Below are positions 57,151 through 64,000 of a stretch of 64,000 bases of DNA, one piece after another. The stretch comes from Microgenomates group bacterium (lineage in GTDB: Bacteria; Patescibacteriota; Microgenomatia; UBA10105; UBA927): assembly GCA_049287205.1 (NCBI GenBank), contig JBAQFJ010000001.1, forward strand, positions 255,041-319,040, in the 5' to 3' direction. Numbering within the stretch: position 1 is the stretch's first letter; each line of letters opens with the position of its first letter. The notes beneath the pieces were generated by a model, which did not search any database, had not been told where the DNA came from, and was given only the letters and a program-made list of their open reading frames with translations. The position numbers and the translations under genes were made by a program.

Positions 57151-57885
57151 TTACTTCACTTCGTAACTTAATGTCACGGTCAGTTCTATGTCTGTTGAGC
57201 CGAGAGAGAGCTGTGTTGGAGCACCTGCACCGGCATCAGTCGCAATTTCTGCTTTTGCGTACATAGGCATCATTCGATTGTTATTCGTTGATTCCTGATA
57301 GTTGATGATTTTCCCTAAGGTAAACCCTGTTGTCTCAGCTGCAAGTTCCGCCTTTGCTTTGGCGTCGGCAACAGCTAATTTTCGTGCTTCATTTTCCGCT
57401 TTTGTTTTGTCATCTACATCAAAACTGATGCCACCAATGGTATTTGCACCGGCTTGTGTTGCTGCATCAACAACACTATTTGCGGTTTCAATTTTTCGTA
57501 CCTTGATTGTCAAATTACTGGATGCTTGGTATCCGGTAATTCGTTGCATACTACTGGAATAATCATAGGTTGGGGAGAGGTTGTAATTGGATGTTTTGAT
57601 GTCTTTTTCATCAATGCCTGCTGTTTTTATCGCCGCTGTTATTGCATTGATATTTTTGTTTAAATTATTTTGTACTTCTTCAACGGTTGTTCCTTGCGCC
57701 TGCACTCCAACATTGACTGTGGCAATATCTGGTTTGACTGAAATTTTCCCCTCCCCTGTCACGGTAAATGCTTCTGACTTATTACTTGTGACATTGGTGA
57801 TACTAAATGGAATGGGTCCCGCAAATTTTGTATAGACAAAGAGAGCGATAAAAAAGAGTACGAGACCGACGATGGTGTTTTTCAT
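57151..57885 (-). CDS. SIMPL/DUF541-domain periplasmic protein
   Basis: TM anchor then the repeated Ala/Lys-rich SIMPL pattern ('AENEARKLAVADAKAKAELAAE'). Confidence 0.65.
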   Translation of the reverse strand: MKNTIVGLVLFFIALFVYTKFAGPIPFSITNVTSNKSEAFTVTGEGKISVKPDIATVNVGVQAQGTTVEEVQNNLNKNINAITAAIKTAGIDEKDIKTSNYNLSPTYDYSSSMQRITGYQASSNLTIKVRKIETANSVVDAATQAGANTIGGISFDVDDKTKAENEARKLAVADAKAKAELAAETTGFTLGKIINYQESTNNNRMMPMYAKAEIATDAGAGAPTQLSLGSTDIELTVTLSYEVK

Positions 57886-57910
57886 ATAGATTCTAGTATA
57901 GCAAATTTTG

Positions 57911-58735
57911 CTATTTGTGTTGAGAAAGCTCAAAAGTGTTCAAATCATTTAATATAATTAACCAAAGTTTGTTAATAACGTTTATTACTTCTTCTGTGTC
58001 TTCATACATAAACTGTTTCATATCAATAAAAGACGTATCTATAAAACGGCGATTATTAGTTGAATCTCTTAGTTTATTTACAATTACTGTCCAATCTCTG
58101 TATTCAATTGACAGAACTAGTTCTTTTTTTGGAATTTTATTGGTATCAATTACAAAAAGTGGCCATGAATGAATAAGTATATTTCTATAACTTCGAATAG
58201 AATTAGCATATTGTTTAAATGAAGATAACAGTGTTTGGTCACTAAATATATTTTTCATTAATTCCAATTTATTCTTTATTGGAATAGAAAGATTACAGGC
58301 TTTTTCTAATTGTTTTTCTAAATTATTTTTTTTGAAAATATAATTTTTGTCACCATATTCTTCAACTATTTTATTTGTGTCGAGTTTTTTTGTGTAAATA
58401 TAAAATCGCAATAAAAATTCTTCCGTTAAATCTAAAATAGAAGATAATTTTATATATGAGTATGTAAATTTATCAAAATTTGTAATCAATTGAAGATTAT
58501 TGTATATATAGAAAAAGTTTGTAAATATTCCATAATGGAGCATGCTTAAAATTCTAACCTCATTTGGAGTTTCGTCCTTGAACCATATATCAATTGGTCT
58601 TCTAGTATTTGGGGCAATAAAATTAGCCCAAAAAATATCGTAATTTGGAAATTTATTTTTGACGAACAGTTCCCAACCTAAGTGTTCAGAAGTGTCACCG
58701 TTGATTGAAATTCGAAAACTGTTTTTGTAATCCAT
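57911..58735 (-). CDS. Abi_2 (AbiD/AbiF-like) HEPN-domain abortive-infection-type protein, encoded in an AT-rich islet
   Basis: 274 aa; markedly AT-richer than flanks; 'YANSIRSYRNILIHSWPLF' fits the Abi_2/HEPN Rx4-6H motif (compare 'LRNxxAHHxRLW'). Confidence 0.4.
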   Translation of the reverse strand: MDYKNSFRISINGDTSEHLGWELFVKNKFPNYDIFWANFIAPNTRRPIDIWFKDETPNEVRILSMLHYGIFTNFFYIYNNLQLITNFDKFTYSYIKLSSILDLTEEFLLRFYIYTKKLDTNKIVEEYGDKNYIFKKNNLEKQLEKACNLSIPIKNKLELMKNIFSDQTLLSSFKQYANSIRSYRNILIHSWPLFVIDTNKIPKKELVLSIEYRDWTVIVNKLRDSTNNRRFIDTSFIDMKQFMYEDTEEVINVINKLWLIILNDLNTFELSQHK

Positions 58736-58758
58736 TTTTATTAAATTAAAAAGATTTT

Positions 58759-59337
58759 TTAAGTAGATTTTTTAAAATTATGTCTGTTTTTTAGTATAGT
58801 TCCAATGACAATGATATTCATCACCGCAAGGGTTGCAGGATAGAGGTAGGTTGCGATTTCGTAATGACTTAGGGCGATGATAGATAACGAATGGCGGATG
58901 GCGTGGATGACATAACTGGAAAATGTTTCACTCGTCGGATCATTTTTGGTTTTTCGAATGGTCGGAATAAACGCAAGAGCGTCAATTGCCGTAATGATAA
59001 TGACAGATAAGGTTGGATTTTTTGTCAGCATCCACGGAATGATTGCAAGGATTGCTGCAACAAAAATAATAACGTCTGATTTTGTTATATCCTTGCTACC
59101 TTTAAAAAGTGAAAGGATTGCGACAAATATGGTGAGTATTCCTGCTGCGCCTGTCGTCCATGATCCTGCCCCTCCCCCTTGTTGCCATTGCGCGAAAAAT
59201 GCAAGGAGTGTGACAATTGCCCAAATAAGCCAAGTAAACATATGGGGTTTTGTTTTATTGCGGAAGATGTCGATGATATATGGAACAATACCGACAAAGG
59301 TAAGAACTACTGCTATCATGCCAATAAATTCTTTCAT
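58759..59337 (-). CDS. hypothetical 6-TM membrane protein
   Basis: 192 aa, hydrophobic helices with a 'QWQQGGGAGSWTTGAAG' loop; no motifs recognised. Confidence 0.35.
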   Translation of the reverse strand: MKEFIGMIAVVLTFVGIVPYIIDIFRNKTKPHMFTWLIWAIVTLLAFFAQWQQGGGAGSWTTGAAGILTIFVAILSLFKGSKDITKSDVIIFVAAILAIIPWMLTKNPTLSVIIITAIDALAFIPTIRKTKNDPTSETFSSYVIHAIRHSLSIIALSHYEIATYLYPATLAVMNIIVIGTILKNRHNFKKST

Positions 59338-59408
59338 AGTATCTGTAGTATATCCGTGGCTATGCTTTTTGACAAATTATGTGTTTCGCAGTAGCATGTG
59401 AGGCTAAT

Positions 59409-59768
59409 ATGAGAAAAGAAGCGGGCAACTATCAAACTGAGACCGCGATGTTTAATCTTATCCGAGGAAAAAGAGACGGTTCACCTTCTCGAACAGCTCA
59501 TGTAAGTGAAAATAAGAAGAGGGTGGTTGTTTTGGGTGATGCTCCGGTATATGGAATGGTTCATCATACACACCCAATGATAATTGTGAATACTGATGTG
59601 CATCAGGTACATTCTTCACTTGGTGAGCCTGATATTATTCATGATTTGCCATTGGCTGCAGTTTCATTACGTCAAGATGAAATTGTTCAAATTTCATTAC
59701 TGCCCGGTCACAGACCTTCAAGAAATAAAGTTGCTGGAGTATTAGTTGAAAACCTTCGTATTAAATAA
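59409..59768 (+). CDS. hypothetical protein
   Basis: about 120 aa from MRKEAGNY; beta-rich; no motif recognised. Confidence 0.35.
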   Translation: MRKEAGNYQTETAMFNLIRGKRDGSPSRTAHVSENKKRVVVLGDAPVYGMVHHTHPMIIVNTDVHQVHSSLGEPDIIHDLPLAAVSLRQDEIVQISLLPGHRPSRNKVAGVLVENLRIK

Positions 59769-59770
59769 CT

Positions 59771-60391
59771 TTATTGTGTTTGGAAGATTTGTAAAAGCTT
59801 TTTACTTGCGTCTTCGGGATTTTTTGAATCATACAAAAATGTCTGCCAGCCAAGTTCAATTGCCGGTGTCAGATTCCGTTCAAGATTGTCGACAAAAAGA
59901 ATTTTACTCGCTGGAACGTCAGCCTGTTTTTGTGCAAATTCATAGATATTTTTATCTGGTTTTTTCATATGGATAATGCTTGAATCAATAATCGTGTCCC
60001 AAATTTCCGGTGGTAACAAATCTCGTTTGACGATTTTTTCAAACATGCCGATATACATATTTGTGAGAAGTCCGACACGATGCGTTGTATGAATTTCTTT
60101 TATAACAGACCAAATGGATGGGTTGCGTTCAAAATGATCGACAAAATCATCAAGCATAGAGTAGTTTTTTGGAATAGGAATTTGAAATTCTTGCCGAAGC
60201 ATCGTTTCAATGACGGTAAGATTAATATCGCCGTTATCAATTGGATCTTTATATTGTTTCCAACGGTCGTCTACATCTTGTATCTGTTCATCTGGAATTC
60301 CAATTCTTCTTTTTAGCTCATTCCATTTATTGGTTCCAGAGAAATCCTTGATGACTACCCCGCCGACATCAAAATAGATAAATGAGATCAT
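59771..60391 (-). CDS. HAD-superfamily hydrolase (subfamily IA-like)
   Basis: Motif I 'IYFDVGGVV' (second Asp replaced by Gly), motif IV 'ILFVDNLERN'. Confidence 0.5.
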   Translation of the reverse strand: MISFIYFDVGGVVIKDFSGTNKWNELKRRIGIPDEQIQDVDDRWKQYKDPIDNGDINLTVIETMLRQEFQIPIPKNYSMLDDFVDHFERNPSIWSVIKEIHTTHRVGLLTNMYIGMFEKIVKRDLLPPEIWDTIIDSSIIHMKKPDKNIYEFAQKQADVPASKILFVDNLERNLTPAIELGWQTFLYDSKNPEDASKKLLQIFQTQ

Positions 60392-60395
60392 AGTG

Positions 60396-60884
60396 TTAAT
60401 TATTCATCTTTCGTCTCGCCTGGACAAGAGTCTGTAGTTTTCCCAGTTCTTCCTGTGGATTTGCGCCCTGAATAAAATAGAGCTGTGAAACCTTTTTATT
60501 TGTTATGTGATTGTCTTTCGGATCCCGTTCATGCCCGAATAACACTGCAACGGTCGGTTGTCCGTTTAATATACAATGCGCCGTAAATTTTTGTTGATCA
60601 GTCTCATTAAGATAGTTTTGTGCAGTGAATGCATCTGGAACGCGCAAATTCGCAATATCAGTGAGGTATTCAAATGGTGGATCGTCTGGTGATGCGGTCG
60701 TGATAAAAAATATCGGAATATTCGAGTATTCTTTTTCCGGAAAATATCCGGCGACTGCGTCAACATGGACTAGTGCATGTTGTGCGCCTTCAAGAAGTAG
60801 AGTATTGACGCCCTTTAGAGGACTGGTATGGATAAATTCAACAAGTTTTTGTTGTATAGCTTGATAGGGAATTTCTGGGCTCAT
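60396..60884 (-). CDS. hypothetical protein
   Basis: 162 aa; faint SPOUT-like 'VAVLFGHERDP'; not assignable. Confidence 0.3.
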   Translation of the reverse strand: MSPEIPYQAIQQKLVEFIHTSPLKGVNTLLLEGAQHALVHVDAVAGYFPEKEYSNIPIFFITTASPDDPPFEYLTDIANLRVPDAFTAQNYLNETDQQKFTAHCILNGQPTVAVLFGHERDPKDNHITNKKVSQLYFIQGANPQEELGKLQTLVQARRKMNN

Positions 60885-61759
60885 TTCTTTTTTTTGAGGG
60901 CAGCAAGTTCCGGCAGTGTCATAGCAACGAGTATGAGTATACCACCGAGTGCTGTGAGGAGTGTGATATGTTCACGGTATACGAGGTATGCAAGAAGTGT
61001 AGCAATAGGGATTTCCGCAAGCATAATCAGGCTGCCAATCTGCGCTTCCGTTTTTTTAAAGCCGTACACAATGAGTTGTCCTGTGACAACAAAGCACGCT
61101 CCGTAGAAAAGACTTGCGATCCAAGCAGGTGTCAGTTGCGGTATGCTCCACACTTCTTTATATAGGAGAGATGCTCCGCTGTACCAGATAATGGGAAATG
61201 CAAGATCTAGGAAATTGATCTGCATTGCGGAATACCCTTCTAGTTTTTTGACGATGATAAACCAGCAGGAAACCAGGAGTCCGGAAAGGAGTGCCATGCC
61301 GACGAGGACGGGAGAAATAAGAGAAAGGTTGATCATGTAAATAAAGAAAAGACCTATAAATGCGAGAATGAGTGCAATCCACTTCATAGGTGTTATGCGT
61401 TCTTTGAAAAAAAGTGTTCCTAAAAAGTATCCGCCAATTGTGTTGGCTGCATAATACAAAAAATACGTCATGCCGATCGGCATGTGATTCATGGTATAGA
61501 AAAACAACAGAAAGGAAGAGCTGCCAATAATTGCTCTGATGAACACAGTTCCCCATGTTTTTGCGGTCATGTTTTTCCATGCCTGTTTTTTGTTTGCTAA
61601 AATAATGATTCCAAGAATGAGCGCAGCAAACAGATTTCGTGTAACGTTTTGATAAAAAAGCGGAATAGTAAATCCGACGATGCGTGAGAGAACACCGAAG
61701 CCTGCGTAGATAACGGTGGCTGCAAGTATACTGAGTGACCCAAGCAGTTTTTGATTCAT
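60881..61759 (-). CDS. EamA/DMT-family transporter
   Basis: 10-TM protein, duplicated EamA halves. Confidence 0.65.
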   Translation of the reverse strand: MNQKLLGSLSILAATVIYAGFGVLSRIVGFTIPLFYQNVTRNLFAALILGIIILANKKQAWKNMTAKTWGTVFIRAIIGSSSFLLFFYTMNHMPIGMTYFLYYAANTIGGYFLGTLFFKERITPMKWIALILAFIGLFFIYMINLSLISPVLVGMALLSGLLVSCWFIIVKKLEGYSAMQINFLDLAFPIIWYSGASLLYKEVWSIPQLTPAWIASLFYGACFVVTGQLIVYGFKKTEAQIGSLIMLAEIPIATLLAYLVYREHITLLTALGGILILVAMTLPELAALKKKK

Positions 61760-61769
61760 GTCGTTTCTG

Positions 61770-62684
61770 TTATATCCAGTGCTGTTTCATGAATATATAT
61801 ATTGCTCCGATACTGAACGCGATAATAGAAAAAAGAATAATGATAAATGCGAGTGGATGCCCGGCAAACGGGAGTGTAACATTCATGCCGTAAAAACTGG
61901 TGATAATCATAGGTATTGTGAGAACGATGGTAAGTGCGGTGAAGAATTTAATGACGCGGTTTAGATTATTTGTCATGACTGTTGAATATGCTTCTCTAAT
62001 ATTTTGCACTTGCCTTAGGCTACTTTTTGAGAGATCAATCAGTTGTCCTGTGGAGAGAAAAAGATCCTCCGTGAGATCCTGATCCATTTCTTTTTTGATG
62101 AACTTTTTGTTCGCATTTACCGTTTTTAACAGTGTGTTTGTTTGAATAATGGCGTTTAAAAATTCATTTAAGATTTGTTCATACACCACCATCGCAACGA
62201 TATCCTTGTTTTCAATGCGGTCGATATTGAATGTTTTCGACGCTGTGAGCTTATTGATTTTTGAAATAGCATTATAGTACTGGGAGACGATTTCGTTGAA
62301 GAACTGGATGAATAGCCCTAATGTTGTTTCCTGTTGTGTTTTTTCATTTGATAAGACTTTTGCAAACATCGTAAGGTCGGTCAGTGCGATCGAAAAGACG
62401 GCAAAAGGATGAAGGATAAATAACACAGGAAGCGTTGTATATATGTCATTTTGCAGGACCGGCACCCGCGTATACATATATGCACAGTTTTCCTCTTCTT
62501 CAAAACGCGGCACTTCGTTTGTATCGAGTGCGTCTTGGAGATGTCCGAGTTCTAGGTCAAATGTTTTGGCAAGCGATGCGAGCTCTTTTTCAGACGGATC
62601 AATGACTTTTATCCAAGAGTTTTTATGAAACGTCGTAGTTTTCCGAAGTGACCGCGTTTCTTCAATCTGATAATACGTAATCAT
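61770..62684 (-). CDS. corA: CorA-family Mg2+/Co2+ transporter
   Basis: C-terminal two TM with 'YGMN' signature. Confidence 0.8.
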   Translation of the reverse strand: MITYYQIEETRSLRKTTTFHKNSWIKVIDPSEKELASLAKTFDLELGHLQDALDTNEVPRFEEEENCAYMYTRVPVLQNDIYTTLPVLFILHPFAVFSIALTDLTMFAKVLSNEKTQQETTLGLFIQFFNEIVSQYYNAISKINKLTASKTFNIDRIENKDIVAMVVYEQILNEFLNAIIQTNTLLKTVNANKKFIKKEMDQDLTEDLFLSTGQLIDLSKSSLRQVQNIREAYSTVMTNNLNRVIKFFTALTIVLTIPMIITSFYGMNVTLPFAGHPLAFIIILFSIIAFSIGAIYIFMKQHWI

Positions 62685-62717
62685 AGGTTCTATTGTACAT
62701 GAAAGAAAACGCTCTCG

Positions 62718-64000
62718 TTACTTTGTCAGGCATGTCGCGGCGGCAACAGTATCCGTTTTATCCGTAAATCGCATGAGGATAACGCCTGATGTTGCTCTCC
62801 CAAGCCTCGGAGTTGACGCGATCGGGAGTTTTACTACTTGTCCTTTGACGGACGTAATGATGATGGATTCCGTATCTGATGGAACAATTTGTGACACAAC
62901 GACTTTTCCTGTTTTATCTTTCACTTCGGCGACTTTTATTCCCTGACCGCCACGGCGTTGTTTCGGAAACCCTGCAATTGCCGTCTTTTTTCCGATACCC
63001 TTTTCCATAATGGTTAAGAAATCATGGGATTTGTTTTCAGTTGTGATGACATCCATGCTTACGAGATAGTCAGTACCTTTGAGAAGGATTCCACGAACTC
63101 CCATGGTGTCTCTGCCTGTGCCGCGGACTTCTTCTTCATTAAACCGAATGGATTTCCCTTCATGGGTGACAAGCAGGATTTCATTATCTCCGTTTGTCAG
63201 TCTTACCCATTCGAGTTCATCTCCCGCCTCAAGCTTGATGGCGACGAGTCCATTCCGTCTTATGTTTTCATATTCAGTGAGTTTGCTTTTTTTGATGACA
63301 CCTTTTTTGGTTGCCATGATGATAAATTTCACACCTTTTTCTTTTTGGAGTTTGGAATCGAGGGTGTAGGTTAACATCGATGTGACTTTTTCTCCGGATT
63401 CGATGTTAATGACGTTAACGATTGCCTGTCCTTTTGCCTGACGGCTTGCTTCCGGTAAATCCCACGCTCGTACCTGATAGACTTTTCCTTTTTCGGTAAA
63501 GAACAATAAGTTATCGTGTGTTTGTGCGGAGACGACCATATCGATTGCGTCTTCTTCTTTTGTGGTCATGCCGATGACACCTTTGCCGCCTCGCTCTTGT
63601 GTCTTAAATGATGTCGGAGGTACGCGTTTTATATACCCTGACGTGCTCATAGTAATGATGGTGTCTTCATTCGGAATCAGTTGTTCTTCACTAAATTCAC
63701 CGACTTTGCTTTTGTAGACTTTTGTTCGTCTGTTATCTCCGAACTTTTCTTTTAGCTTGAGGAGTTCATCGCCGATGACTTTAAATATTTTTTCCGGATG
63801 TTCCAGAAGGTCATTAAGATATGCAATGGTTTCCCGAAGCATAGCCAGTTCATCTTCAATTTTTTCCCGCTCAAGTGCTGCCAATTTCCGAAGTTGCATG
63901 TCTAAAATGGCGATGGCCTGAATTTCTGAGAGTTTAAACCGTGTCATCAATTTTGTTTTTGCTTCATCCGCATCTTTACTTTTTTTGATGATGGCAATGA
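62718..64000 (-). CDS. gyrA: DNA gyrase subunit A, C-terminal part (gene continues past the window end)
   Basis: GyrA beta-pinwheel CTD repeats ('GKGVIGM...', 'QAKGQAIVNVINI'); the frame stays open upstream through 'IAIIKKSKDADEAKTKLMTRFKLSEIQAIAILDMQLRKL' to position 64000, so the ORF-track M is an internal TTG. Confidence 0.85.
   Translation of the reverse strand, partial: IAIIKKSKDADEAKTKLMTRFKLSEIQAIAILDMQLRKLAALEREKIEDELAMLRETIAYLNDLLEHPEKIFKVIGDELLKLKEKFGDNRRTKVYKSKVGEFSEEQLIPNEDTIITMSTSGYIKRVPPTSFKTQERGGKGVIGMTTKEEDAIDMVVSAQTHDNLLFFTEKGKVYQVRAWDLPEASRQAKGQAIVNVINIESGEKVTSMLTYTLDSKLQKEKGVKFIIMATKKGVIKKSKLTEYENIRRNGLVAIKLEAGDELEWVRLTNGDNEILLVTHEGKSIRFNEEEVRGTGRDTMGVRGILLKGTDYLVSMDVITTENKSHDFLTIMEKGIGKKTAIAGFPKQRRGGQGIKVAEVKDKTGKVVVSQIVPSDTESIIITSVKGQVVKLPIASTPRLGRATSGVILMRFTDKTDTVAAATCLTK

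Overview
Reading the sequence and the six-frame ORF track by eye, this 64 kb window is a gene-dense bacterial chromosomal segment with about 75 protein genes and one tRNA. Most genes are short, many are translationally coupled, and the coding strand switches often. Gene content suggests a small, streamlined genome of a Gram-positive-like or CPR/Patescibacteria-like organism; that attribution is inference only. The ORF caller reports TTG/GTG starts as M; I moved starts to a downstream ATG preceded by a ribosome-binding site (RBS) where one exists.

Annotated content:
- Nucleotide, folate and queuosine metabolism: thyA-folA pair; queuosine genes queC, tgt, a QueF-like T-fold gene and two YhhQ-type preQ transporters.
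- Informational genes: compact glyQS, hisS, gyrA (partial at the window edge), dnaB, rpsF-ssb-rpsR, rpmE, ychF, ksgA, an rluA-family pseudouridine synthase, dksA, yebC, and an N-terminally truncated RF1-type release factor.
- Envelope and cell wall: lgt, ctpA, Rpf-like transglycosylase, polysaccharide deacetylase, VanX-like dipeptidase, Ddl-like ATP-grasp ligase, LCP/LytR_C protein, SIMPL protein.
- Transport and signalling: a MacAB/HlyD-type tripartite ABC efflux module next to a histidine kinase/OmpR-family response regulator pair; MFS, two EamA, CorA and Kef transporters.
- RNA genes: tRNA-Leu(CAA).

Less ordinary content worth a second look:
1. A four-gene translationally coupled cassette (LmbE deacetylase, DegT aminotransferase, GT4 glycosyltransferase, Gfo/Idh/MocA dehydrogenase) resembling mycothiol/bacillithiol or aminoglycoside-type amino-sugar chemistry. 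About 1.8 kb downstream on the opposite strand sits a DHQS-superfamily dehydrogenase next to a B12-binding radical SAM gene.
2. A 1.6 kb non-coding region of degenerate palindromic repeats beside a Xer-type recombinase.
3. A single AT-rich gene that looks like an Abi_2/HEPN abortive-infection protein.
4. A roughly 48-nt element conserved at two loci upstream of two paralogous small proteins.
5. A perfect sigma-70 consensus promoter driving a roughly 465-nt structured leader.
6. A tRNA 3'-end-like hairpin followed by a 31-codon hydrophobic micro-ORF.
7. A DapF-GNAT fusion.

No CRISPR array, rRNA or clear transposase was seen. All homology calls rest on motif recognition by eye, not on database searches.
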